Source: Cirrosporium novae-zelandiae (taxonomy: Eukaryota). From it: 64,000 nt of DNA. The notes beneath the pieces were generated by a model. It saw nothing but the letters and a program-made list of their open reading frames with translations. It was not told the DNA's origin and made no database searches. A program made the translations under genes and the position numbers. Where the stretch lies: positions 1 through 64,000 of the forward strand of contig JAPETS010000016.1 in NCBI GenBank assembly GCA_026023565.1, written 5' to 3'. Position 1 is the stretch's first letter. Every line of letters starts with the position of its first letter. Positions 1-12,914 of the stretch are shown one piece after another.

Positions 1-775
1 CCCTAACGATAACATTGCTCAACAATGACGATTGATATATAAGAGAGAAGGGGGGGGGGGTGTATGGGTAGAGAATGCACAAGCACAGGTGCAGCTACTA
101 CATGATATGATGAGAGCATCTAAGAGAAGGTGAGTGAAGAGTGGGGATTCAGGTAGTTTATGAGAAGAAGAGGATGGAGTAGGAGAGAGAGAGAGAAATG
201 GAAGTGGAAGATTGGGAAAGGATAAGATGAGGCCTTTTGGAAAAGACGGGCTTGGATACTAAAGTAATTGGAAATGCTGGGGTAAATGGGGAGACGCATA
301 AATACCAGGGTACCAGGGACCAGGGTATAAGTGTCTTGTTAAGTCTAAAGGGTTCACCGAACGACCTGAGCCAAAAGGATTCGACCGTCGGTAAGTAGGC
401 GGAGACCGGAAATATCACTTTTGTGCCCAGTTGTGGTTGTGCCCAGTGCCCAGTGCCCAGATCCTAGGTTGCCCACCAGAGAAGGGAAAAAAAAATAGTG
501 AGGCCCACCAAGAGGGAGTTGAGATTAAGTAGACATCTAAAGTTCAACCATTCTGATGAGTTTTAGAGTCTGGATATTTTATACTTGGGTAGTTTAGTTG
601 TACCAGGCAAAGCAGGGCAATGACCAGGTATGGAAGCATGGAGCATAGAACAAGGCATAAAGTAAAACAAGGCCATAGCAAGGCAGGTCAGAGAGTAGTA
701 AGTAAGTAGTAGTAGACAGTAAAATCAAAGGGTGGGGTTGTCGATCATTTAATTTTCATCATCATCATTATTATC

Positions 776-1440
776 ATCATCATCATCCATCATTCATGGG
801 TATTCATGGGACCTGTTCTAAATGGGACCTGATGGACCTGACGACGGACCTGACGGACCATTAACTACCCAGCGAGCCAAACACTTGGGGCCTCTTTTTT
901 TTTTGGTTTTTTTTTCTCTGGTCGGAGCTAAGGGCCGAGGTAGATACATAAGGACTTGGTATAAAATTAGGTAAATTATCTTTGTCATCCCCCATCCCCA
1001 TTTATCCCCCCCATCACACAATTATTACTATGTCAGACAGATTGGAAGCCTTAAGGCTACCAACTAATTACTACCTACTCTCCCCTCTCTCCCCCCTCTC
1101 CCCCCTCTCCCCCCCTCTTGCTCATCTAGAATTCATTTCATCACCTATTGTTGAATATGCCATATGTGCGAAATAATAAAAAATAATACTAAAATAACAA
1201 AATAAATAATAATGATGATAATGATGATAATGATAATAATAATAATAATAATAATCACGTGGTCGAAATTAATTCATTTCCCATCCATGTCATCTCAAAG
1301 CCTGCAGCGTTTTAGACAGGTTAGACAACACACCATTCCTTCCACTTTTCACACACACATACACACACACATGCACACAAACACACTCTTTTCTCTCTAT
1401 CTCTCACTATCTCTCTCACTCTCTCTCTCATTCTTCTTCC
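776..1440. repeat. Cluster of microsatellites/low-complexity repeats: (CAT)n, GGACCTGA repeats, (CTCTCCCC)n, (AAT/GAT)n, (AC)n, (CT)n
   Basis: Directly visible tandem repeats at ~776-790, 824-859, 1076-1117, 1200-1255 and 1350-1430. ORFs here are repeat-derived. Confidence 0.85.
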
Positions 1441-3150
1441 TGTGACCGCCCATTCATCTTTTCCTTTCTGACTCATTATAAGCGGTCTGGCACCCCTCAA
1501 AGCCAACAAGTAGACTATTCATGCACCCTCGAGATTAATTATCCACAAGCAAATGCATCATATTTTTTGAATCCCAATTTCTGCCCTGTAGCACTGTAAT
1601 TAGCACATCTTCGAACTCCGAATCTCCATGTCGACATCAGCCGTGCCGCATGAAATTTCAAGGACCTATGTCTTACTCTAGCCACCCGAAATTTAAACCC
1701 TTCCCTCTTCCGCTTCATCTCTATGATCCGTGATCCATGCAAAGGATACTTTACTGCAAGAATACTAGGTAGTTTACCACAGTATCCCACAGTAACTAAC
1801 AAAAGTAATAAATAATTACCCAAACAGTCCACAACACCACAAGGCAAGAATCATAGCTATAGGCTGAACTTGCAGGTTACAGCCACAACTGTACACGCCA
1901 CTATCGGTTAATTATTTATTTAAACTCTGATCATGACGGGAATAAGAGGCTATGCATAGCCGCGTCAGTTGGAAGAGAGGGAAAATAAAAAAAAAACGAA
2001 ACATGACAGGCGTTTGTCTCGCTGCTAATGTTCTGCGTATGCAAGGTGAAAAGAAATAAAAGAAGAAACAAAATACCGTGACAACGCATTGTTCCTTTGA
2101 CTGGAAGATCAACATCGAAACTCAGGACTAAACTCCACCGGAGAATAATACGAATGCTCGTTTCCAAGTGGGATTGGTCGTCGCATACCTGCGCATCTAT
2201 GGAGAAAGGTCAAGCCCGCTAAGAAGATACCTGGCGTTTGTTGTTGTTTTTTTTCCTGCGCTAAACTCCGGGCCAGAAATCTCCCTCTAACGAGTAGAAG
2301 AAGGTCTGTACAAAAAACACACAACAATTGAATATAAATTGACCGATAAAAAAATGTAACCGTTCCTTTCTTGTATTCCCATTATATCCTGTGGGCTGAC
2401 TTGCGTCACCGAAAAGGGTGGAGGCAGCGGTCTTTTTTGTTGCCTAGTCGGTGAAGACCACTGGACAGTGTACTACAATAAGCCTTTGAAGTTGGACGAA
2501 GAAATTCCTAATCCATAACCTTCACAATATTCAACCTTACCTGCTCTCCCTTTTCTGCCTCGGATCAAATAAATGCACGTGGCGTCTCTGTCGTCGTGTT
2601 CGGTTTTCTAGCCAAGGCACCTTCCTTGGTAACAATTATCTAATGGATTGGAATAGTACACCAGCTATCCCAAAATCATAACCCTAATTTGCATGTGAGA
2701 GAGGTACCCATTCCATTGAAGTGCCATGAGAATGAAACATAATATATATACTGTGGTATTATATTATGAATTGAACCTCGGTGAGAACTATATCTTTATT
2801 TCCAGCGTCAAATTGACGCGTAAATATTTAACACAAAAGCTTCGAAGACCTGTGTCGTACGAAAGTCAATCTTTCCAACTGTCCTCTGGCATAGACTTTG
2901 GCACCTTAAATCGCGACTGCAGTAGAGTTTACTTAAATGCTGGGGATGTTAGATATTCGTTGTGGAGTTAATTATCTAATGATGATCTAACTTCCACCAC
3001 AAAACCCTCCGCTTGACACGGTTCAGAATAAAATGCATATCATCATAACTTCGTTCCTTGAATTGTCCAAGCCATCTCCACGTACAGTACATATCCACAT
3101 ATCTAAACAAACAGCGCACCCATCATGGCTTCTATCTTACAATCCGAACT

Positions 3151-5008
3151 TTACTCCGCAATTTCGGCCGACCCGTAGTGTCCTGCACCAGTCACCAATG
3201 CTGGATGATCTGGGGATACTGTCGTAGTCGTCTCCAGTTGCTCGGTATTTCCTTGACCAGCCTGAGTCCTCTTGTTCCAACTTCTCCCACCCCTTGCCAA
3301 ATCTAACTTATCTGCGTCCACCAAATCTTCTCCCTCTGGAGCTACCCAGTTCTCACTCTCCCAAGGCTTGACATACAGAATATACATGGTATCAATTTCC
3401 TCAAGTGTTCGACCTTTGGACTCAATCAGGCAGAAATAGACCAGAACTGCTCCAGCGAAACAGCAGGAGGCAAAAATGTACCCATAGCGGTAGTCAATTG
3501 CGGATGTGATGAATGGGGTGAAAAAAGCAATGAGGAAATTGAAAATCCAATTAGAGGCAGTTGAAAGAGCCATGCAACGGGCACGGTAACGAGAAGGGTA
3601 CATTTCAGAAATGACAACCCAAGCAAATGGGCCCCATGTCGATGCAAATGCTGCGATAAAAAGACATGCAAAAACAATCATGGCAGAGCCGACAGATGAA
3701 CTGTTTGTGCCGTCTGGTTGGCGTAGCTTGAAGTGGCCGAGAGAGGCGAAGATCATAAAACAAACGAACATCCATAGGCCCCCAACAATCAGGGACTTTC
3801 GCCGACCGAACCGTTCCACAAACCACAAACCGGGGAACGTACAAGCTACGTTGACAGCGCCCAGAATAATCTGTGTTATAAAACTGTTCGAGAGTCCAGT
3901 GGCTTGGAAGATCGTTGTACCATAGTAGAAGAAGAAATTTGCACCTGTAAGCTGTTGAAGGGCTTGGATAGCGACACCGAGAAGGGTCCGATATAGCATT
4001 CGTGGTCCGGTGAATATCTCATACCATGCGGCATTGCCACCTTGCCGTTCAGCCTCAAGTTTTTCCTCCATTTCCCGAATCTCCCTGGCGATGACAACGT
4101 GGGTGTCGGGAATCCCATGCACTTTGGCCATAGTTTCTTTGGCCCTTTTTTCATTTCCATGTCGATAATCAAAACGAGGGGTTTCTGAGTATAGCTGGAT
4201 ACCAAGTCCCAATACAAGAGGAAATATAAAACCAACAGCCATTGTTATCCTCCATTGACCGGAGTTGTGAAGATATTCAGTTCCATAATTGATAATATTC
4301 GATACCAGAATGCCAATTGTGATAAAGAGCTGATATGTTGCAACCAAAGAACCACGTAAATGTGATGGTGAAGTTTCACCCTGGAACATGACGACGACAA
4401 CAGACAGACCACCGATTCCAAAACCAGCAATTATTCTACCAATCACTACTTGATACCAGGTAGTAGCCGAAGAAATCTGTATGACAACACCGATGATGAA
4501 GACAGCGCACCATAATGAAATAGAAGGTTTTCTGCCCCATCTATCTGCGATTGGAGCCGCTATTAGCGCACCAATCAGTGTACCAATGGAAAGCAGGCCG
4601 ACAATCAAGCCAGATCGGACATCGCTGAAGCTGTAAAAGCCATCTGACGAATCGTATTGACCAAATCGGCGTTGAAAATCTGTCATCTCTAGAAATCCAG
4701 ATATCTGACCTATATATGTGTTAGCAACGTTTATCCTTAACATTGGCCTCTTAAAGGGGCTAAGACCATATGTAGTTTCGTTTGAGCTATTGCCGATGCG
4801 GGAGAGGAGTGGTATTACCTGTGTCATATCCGAAAACAATGCCTCCCATACTAACCAGGAGGGCCATTACCAGTGTTCGCCATGTTATCAGAGGCACAGG
4901 AGCACGGTCCTGCTCATTATAGGCCTTTTCAATATCCTCAGAGTGTTTTTCAAACTCCTCGGTTACTGGATGAGGCGGGGACGGTATGAATCTTGATAAG
5001 ATGCCCAT
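3151..5008 (-). CDS. MFS sugar porter (hexose/glucose transporter), 2 exons (intron 4710-4818)
   Basis: GGIVFGYDTG|QISG, DRWGRK, QQLTGANFFFYYG, VERFGRR, WGPFAWVVISE and ESKGRTLEEID sugar-porter motifs. A GTAATA...GCTAAC...TAG intron joins the frames. Confidence 0.95.
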
Positions 5009-6496
5009 CGTGCAATTAGAATTAGGTAAGGGATAGAATATAAGGTATCGGGAGAGAAATGAAAACCGCGTCTCAAGGAATATATGTAAAAGAACGGGTG
5101 AAGGGGCTTATATGGATATAAGAAACATGAGAACAAGGAAGAGAAGGGAACAGCCAGAAGTATTTGAAGCAGGGAGGCAAGGATGTTGTCGAATGAAAGA
5201 CGGACGACTGGTCATGCCATTGGTCGCCAAAATCTGCATAGGGCAAAAACTTGAGATTTTTTCTAGATTGAGGTACGACAAATACATGATACTCGTAACG
5301 ACGATAAATGGGTGGAGCATGGCCAAGAAACAAGAATCCTAGGATTAAGGGTAGAAGCTTAAGGAAGATGTGCGAAAGCTACATCATTGTTGACTCCGGT
5401 GAAGAAAATTACGCAGACGGTTGAGAACATGTTTAACTGAGTGGGATGTGGGATGGCCTGGTTGAGGATGTTTGGGGTATGAAATCTCTCTCCTTTGCAC
5501 TTGATAATAACGACGTCATCGGGTGATCTTGGCGAACGATTCAAACTATAACAACAGAAATATCTGAAGAAAACTAGCGACCCTGGCGATGAGACTCCAC
5601 AAGAAAAAACTTATCATCCACAGAAAGCTTAGATCCAAACCTTCTAACCTGTCATCCTCGATTCAAAAACAAAATGCCGCAATTCTTTCCGAGACTGCCG
5701 AATATGATAGGAACCTACTCTTTGTAAGTACAGTATTTCTTTAGCCTAGAGACCTTCTAGAAAAGAAAAGAAAAGAAAAGAAAAAACCGCCACCGTGAAA
5801 GCGTCTCATGTTGCTGAATGATCAGTAAATATCATGACCCCGGAATAAATGACGCATATCACACCTGAGCTTAAATCCCGGCAACATTGACCAATGTCCA
5901 AATGAGACCGAGAATTGACCGAAGTAGTGGGATCTTGCTACCAAGTAGAAAGCAAATGCTGGGGTATCACTCCACGCACTCTTGACCTCTTGTCCGTCGA
6001 TCATGACTGGGAAGGATCCAGGACCGTGAAGTCAAAGTAAACTGAGATACACATGTGTACCATTGATTTGTTTCGCTCATCGTTCGCTCCGAATTTATGC
6101 TACTGGCTCTCCTCCATTACGCCTTGTATCTTGTACCTGAACCGTGCCCTAGCCGATCTAAAATCAACTTCAACAACTTCAGTCCAATAATATTTAAACG
6201 TCTCAAAGGCCATGTGTTGGCCTACAAGCAAGTCGTTGCGAGATAGATAGTCGTTGCGCCTGTGGGATATCTGAATGCTTTCGAGAAGATCGTTGTGCTT
6301 CATTTCTCGACAAATTATATTAATCACTATAATCGCTATGTTTCTACTGTCAAAGTAGCAACCTGGATAGTAAAAAAGGTTTAATCTTATTGTTATACAT
6401 ACGTCTCATAAATTCATGGCACCCTGAGTTTCAACGCTAATGTTAGCCGCATGTTCTGCTCAGTTGATAGCCTCAATTTCCTTCCCAGTCCAGTTA

Positions 6497-8464
6497 TCAC
6501 TTTTTCTGTTTCTTCGTAGTACTCCTATTGCTTGTCGTACTCAACACGCTCTGACTCCTTTTATGACCCGAGAAAGATTTAGGGCTTGTGTGCCCTTGCG
6601 ATGGTGGCCGAGATTGTGATCGACTTTGCTGTATCTCTTTCTTGAATTCTGGGGTTGCTTTCTCAGGGGTCGGCCTGCTTTTCTTTGGAGTCTGTTTCAC
6701 AGCGTCCTCTTCGGTCTCCCCATTCACGTTGGATGCTGAAGCTTCAGATTGTTCGGTAGCTTGAGTGCTGTCTCCCATTTCAACATCTCTGCTCACATTG
6801 GCCTCAGCGTTCTCATCCTCTCCTTCCTTTTCTTTTTCCGTAGTCTCCTTCTGCGCCTCTCTGACCTTGATTTCATTTTCTACCTTCTCTCTAATCTTTC
6901 TCACATCGAGTAATAGCATCACTTCTGCTATCAACCGTTCATATGCATTACAAACATTCTCTGTTGGCATCACCAGTCGAGGTGGAATATTCAATTCTGT
7001 CATAGCAGCCGCAATTTTCTGATTTTGGACATTGGATTTGGCGGACGTGTGTTTAGAGAGTCGTTCATAGCGGAAAGCGATACCCGAGGTAAGGCGCTCA
7101 TGGTGCTGAACACCGTAACGGATTTCTTCGGTAGGTGAGAGTATCCGTGGCTGTGGAGGTTGATGTGAAGTAGGCGTGGATTTGTTTTTGTTGCTGGCGA
7201 GGGAGTCGCGATGGCCGTGATGTGTGTTTGTCGCGCTGGGAGGAGCTGAAGGGCTGGATGCAGGTGTGTTGTCTCCAGCCGCAGCTGCATTCGCAGTAAT
7301 GGCACCAGACGCAAGCAAGGATCTCCGTTTCTTCTGCTTGTCGGCTGTAATAAGTTGGTGCATTAGTCCTGCAAGAGCTTGACTGCTCTGGTACATGGAA
7401 GTAGTGTTTCCCGTGCTTTGTGGAGATTCAAATCTATCATAGATTTCCTTGCGCTCTTGAGCCAATTTCTCCTCATTGGTGATAATTCGTTGAAGTTCAC
7501 CAAGGAGTAGCTCCTCTTCTGCAACCTCTTCGGTAGAACGGTGGAGGAGAGAGGCTGCCAGGTGTTTGCGATTTGTTTCTTGTTTCGGGTCAAACTTTAG
7601 CATCTTTTCGTAAAGATCGAACTCCGAGGGAGTCATGTTGGAGGGAGGAGTGTGTAGAGCCATAGATTTCGCAGCTACAGTATAGTATCGGGATTTGAGG
7701 TCTTCTAGGGAGCGGACTTTAGGGGTGGGAATGACGGCTTGAGTTTGATCTGAAGAAGTAGATGGTGAGGAGGACTGATAGTCATAACGATCCCAAATGA
7801 TAGGCCAGCGAAGACCATATTCAATAGCCATTTCAACAAGATAGTCTGTCTCCTCCTTCGTCCAGTTCTCATTCGCCAAATGTGATTTGTATTGATCGTC
7901 ATTGTACTTTGGACCTTCGACCTTGACATTGAGCTTCGCCCATGGGTAAACGAGAGATGTTGATTCGGTAGCAGGTGCAACATCTTTTTTATCTTGACCA
8001 TCTATATCCATGCGCTCTTCTTTAATTGCACTGGACGTTGCCGCGGGAGCGGAAGCAGTTGTCTTGTCCTTCTTCTTTTGCCAGTGATATAACACCAAGC
8101 CGTCCGAGCGGGCGGAGTTCGTAAATGGCGCTTTCTCCCTATCATAACCAAAGATATTAGCACGCATAATCAATTCTGAATATGATGGATATATAAATTA
8201 CCATGGCGTAACTTTTTGCGCCCATTTTGGCCTGTTCTTATATTTCCGCTGTGATGTGAGCGCAACTGGAGGGGCTCGATCCCCCAGCAACTGGAACAGC
8301 TCTCTTGAAATTCCCTCTGCAATTATTAGCACTTGAGGTTAGGTTTAAATCATTAGTTGGTGCTAACCTGGCCGCTTCTCGACAATTTTTTGTTTTTTAG
8401 CTGGTCGTGGTTGGAGATCGCCGGCTGGAAGATCCAGCATGTCGCGAACGTCGGCGGAAGACAT
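6497..8464 (-). CDS. SWC4: SWR1/NuA4 complex subunit Swc4/Eaf2 (DMAP1 family, SANT domain); introns 8317-8367 and 8139-8201
   Basis: MSSADVRDMLDL...KRPEGISRELFQLLG N-terminus, PFTNSARSDGLVLYHW, SANT-like WTKEETDYL...LRWPIIWDRY...SLEDLKSRYY. Confidence 0.93.
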
Positions 8465-8769
8465 GTTGATGATGCTGAAACATCAAACCCACGTCGTAAA
8501 TACGATACCTAAGGCTTAATACCGATAATAAATATCCTCCAAGGCCCCTAAGATGAATAGATTTAGCTTTACACGTAGTCCAAACTGTCGCTTTTTGATG
8601 AAGATATCTGTCTCGCGTTGCGGTATTGGAGAAACTAAAAGTCCGATCCCTGTCCGCCATCCCTTCTTCGGGCAACTAGCCAACAAGTCTGTATTTCGAC
8701 AATTCTCAGCACATCCAGACGACGACGACGACGACGAGAAAGCCATACAATTTCTAATCGTCAAGCACA

Positions 8770-9611
8770 ATGGCTCCTACACGGATAGGCTCGTCAACTT
8801 TCGCGAAATTATTTACTTATGTCGCCGTACTAGCTTTGGCTTTGCCTGCGAATGCACTCTATTTCTTTATCGAGGGCCCGGTAGCCAAGTGCTTTTATGA
8901 AGAGCTTCCAAAGGATACCTTGGTAGTTGGTGGGTTTCTCGTTCTATCCACGTCTACTATTTAGAAAAGCTTTGCAAGTATTGATAAACTATTTACGCAG
9001 GCAACTACGAAGCACAGCAATATGACCCAAACTCCAATACCTACCAGCCTTCGCCCGATCTAGGTATCTTTATCTCTGTTGAAGAAACTTTCGATAACGA
9101 CCACCGTGTCGTTGCTCAACGAGGCTCTGCTTCGGGTCGCCTCACCTTCTCCGCCGCCGACTCTGGTGAACATCGTATCTGCTTCACACCTAGCCATGGG
9201 GCTGCTAACGGAGGCTGGCTGAGCGGTGGTGTCCCTCTAGGAGGAATTAAATTAAGCCTGGACTTGGTGATTGGAGAGACAAGTAATATTGAAAGCACGG
9301 ATAAAGGAAAGATGCAAGACATTGTCCAGAAAATTAAGGATTTGAATGGACGATTGCAAGATATTAAAAGGGAGCAAGTGTTCCAAAGAGTATGTCCATT
9401 CCCAGTTACCTCTTTTCCATCCAGAAACAAGTTTGAGAATCTAATACGATATACTCTACAGGAACGTGAAGCCGAATTCCGAGATCAATCTGAAACTACC
9501 AACGCCAAAATCGTTCGCTGGGCTCTTATCCAACTCGCAGTTCTCGGTGTTACCTGCACCTGGCAGCTATCCCACCTCCGCACATTCTTCATCAAGCAAA
9601 AACTTACCTAG
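8770..9611 (+). CDS. p24/emp24/gp25L family COPII vesicle cargo receptor (Erp1-like); introns 8930-9000 and 9390-9461
   Basis: Signal peptide, GOLD domain (KCFYEELPKDTLVVG...EHRICF), REQVFQR|EREAEFRDQSETTN, C-terminal TM and FFIKQKLT tail. Confidence 0.93.
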
Positions 9612-10058
9612 TCAATTATGTCTTTATGACTTGGCGTTGTGTGGGATGAATTGTGTTTGTGGATTGAAGGAAAATATCACTGATGAGAGGGTCGCATCCC
9701 CGGCATCTCGAATGACATGGGAGGAAAGGAATGAATTGCATTGGACTCGAAATAGAGGTGTGATTGACATGCCGTATGTTCAGTTTCTCGACTTGGTTGG
9801 TAAATGCTTCATGCTCCAATCAACTACTATGGTCTGGCTAATGGCCACGACGGTAGATGGATAAAATATAATACGGTATTATGGGAATATTGTATATTAA
9901 CGCATATCATGATCTTTCTTTTAAACCCACGCCGCAAAAAATCTGGGTCTCCAACTCTAAAATTCTAATCCATATGTGGGCGGCGCCCAAATACGCACGC
10001 GATGCTTGATTCTCAAAAGTCATCATCATACCCTAAATTCTCATAACATCTTTCTCTC

Positions 10059-11948
10059 TCACAGCTTCGCCATGACCTTGTTCTCGTTATTTGCCCAAAC
10101 CTTCGCTCTAGCTTTCGCATAAGGATGCCCCCCCGTTGATGGCACCAACCTATCAACATCAAGCGTATTAACCAAGCCCGGATGCACCTGGCTGAGATCC
10201 GTAATCCCAACCAGCCGCATCGAAGTTTCGAGTTCGTCTTTGAGGACTATCGACACATTGTTAGTATTACATCACATATGAGCCTTTAGCTGATCTCCCG
10301 CTAGCAGCAGTAGCAGCAGCAGCAACGACAGAAAAAAACGAAACGGAAAGCACAAAAAAAACTCACTTCCAATCAGATGATCCACGCCCTCCTCCCCATA
10401 ATTAACCGCATACAAGAACGATCGACCCATCCCCACAGCTGTGGCACCCAGACACAGAGCCTTAAGGATATCAGTCCCACGGCGAATGCCACTATCAACA
10501 TAAACCTCCAGCCTCCCAAAGACCTCGGGGCACCGTTTCTGCAACTCCAACAACGTAAGAATAGACGGCGGAGCGGTATCAAGCCCCCTCCCCCCATGAT
10601 TCGACACCACTATCCCATCAACCCCATACCGCACCGCCAGCATCGCATCCTCAGCGCACTGAACCCCCTTCAGCACAATAGGCAAATCCGAACACCGTCT
10701 CAGCCACTTCAGATCATCCCAGTTGAGGGTCGCATCGATATATGAGCCCATTATGCGACCGAGCCCGCCGCCCTTGGCGTCATTTTTGGAGGTCGAGCCG
10801 CTCATGGGGGTCGAGAGACCCTCGTCTGCTTTCACGCGCTCGTCGGCCTCGCGCTTGCCGGCGACGGGCGCGTCTACTGTGACGAAGATGGCTCGGATGC
10901 CGAGCTCCTTGCATTGGTGTAGGAGGGCCTCGGATTTCTTGCGGTCTTTGTTTACGTAGAGTTGGAAGAAGAAGGGGTGGCCGGGCTGGGAGGCCGCGAG
11001 GATTTCTTTCATTGGGTAGCTGGCGTTTGTGGAAATCTGTATGTGAAGTTAGCGAGTGCCATGTAGGGGGGGGATAAGATGGGATGGTAGATCTTCAAGA
11101 GGATGGTTCTTTAGGCCCTCCCTCCGTTGATGGAAACATACACATTGCATGACCCCACCTCTCCCGCACGCCCTTGCAATTGCCTTCTCCCCCTCCGGAT
11201 GCACCAACCTCGCCATAGCCGCAGGACTCACAAACACCGGCACATCAACATCACACCCCAAAATCCTAGTCCTGGTACTCACATCCCTCACATCCCTCAA
11301 CACCCTTGGCCGAAACCACATCCGATCAAACATTTCCTTATTCTGGCCCCTGGTAATCAAATCCGTCGCGCCGCTCGAATAGAACGCCCACGTCTTCTTC
11401 GTCAGCGTGCGTGATGCCACCTCCTCGAAATCATGCGTGTTCAGGAGTGTCTGGAGCGGGGGCTTTTCGTTTTCGAGGACTAGCTTGGAGGAGGCGGTGG
11501 GTGGGGGTTTTAGCCAATCGTTGTCAATGGTTGATTCGTCGACGAGGCCTATGAGTTTGTCGGGTGTGAGGTTGTCGGGGAGGACGGAAGGCGCGTGGAT
11601 GCTGTTGTAGGAGTCTGAGGCGTCGCGCCCGGCATGCTTGAGGATGACTAGTGTTTGTTTGTTAATTGAATGTGCCCCTCCTAATTACATATTTATGCAG
11701 TATTTCGTTCCATGGGTCTAATAGAGGTTGAACAAACGTACTAGCTTCACCACCAGGGTGCTGGGGCGCGAACTTTGTGAGGTCCCAGCTACAAGTGAAT
11801 GTCAGCAGGGTTACTCATAAGGGAAACAGAAAGGTCTGAATATATTAGAAATGCGAACTTACACTTTCCCATCCACCACGATCCAACAATCTTCAGCACC
11901 ATTGTGCTTTTCGATCTCGCGGATCGAGAGGAGCTTCGTATCCGACAT
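10059..11948 (-). CDS. Flavocytochrome b2-like FMN-dependent alpha-hydroxy acid dehydrogenase with N-terminal cytochrome b5 domain; multi-exon; ends in AKL
   Basis: KHNGAEDCWIVVDGKVWDLTKFAPQHPGG b5 motif; FFFQLYV, VTVDAP..GKRE, VLKGVQ, SNHGGRGLD, DSGIRRGTDILKAL. Confidence 0.92.
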
Positions 11949-12914
11949 TGCGACTTGAGTTTATTCAATTCTAAGGGCTTTTTAACTGTTTAAAAGGATC
12001 CGGGAGACAAAGACGGATTTCGGCGCATCTATATACCTATCTAGAGTATACAATGTGCAAAGCAAGTAGCAAATGAATATACAAGGTACGGTTCAAAATG
12101 CAATGATGAAGCGAAGCAAATGCACCTAGGAATCTCAACGGTGCGAAACGAAATGATAACAACGTAGAACAAAAAAAAAAGAATGCAAGGCATCTTCCCC
12201 CGCTCCAGTAGCTATTATATACTTTAGAAGAAAATAAAATAAACCATTGGCTTTTACCACGAGCAGCGATGATGCTGGGATATAGCCGATAGCTGAATAT
12301 AGCGATTCTCGACTAATTTACGTTTTCTGGGGTAGCTAAGGTGGGAGTTTCGGGCTAGTGGTGGCCGAGAATGATGATTTCAATTGAAAGATCGCGGATA
12401 ATTACTGTAACTAGGCCTGCCAGGTAGTTTCCAAGAGTTTTTGGTGGGGAGAAGCATAAGTTCGCTGCATATAGCTCAATAGTGAATGATGACGGTTTAC
12501 TTTTTATTGCCTTGTGATTGGAAACTAGGTTGAAGAGGAGAATTCAAAATGATTTTTCAGACAAAGCACGTCCAAGGCCATAGTCACCCTTTAACCCGAG
12601 GGCCTCAACAACATTTAAAGTGTAATCGAGATTCATTAAACTAATGTAAATGACCCGATTTTACCCAAAGACATCTTCACGCTATTAAAAATACGTTAAC
12701 CATGAAATGCATCCCAAGGTCGGTCTAGCTTGTTTATCATCAACAAGAAACCCACCCAACAAAAATAGCTATATCCTGTAATACACCCCAATCATCCATC
12801 ATAACATAAAGAACAAAGTCATCACAAAACCCGTATCCGGCCAGTGCCATTCCCAATTACAATATCCTATTCCATTGTATTTCCGTTTAGTTTGAATTGA
12901 ACTAGGTCGACATC

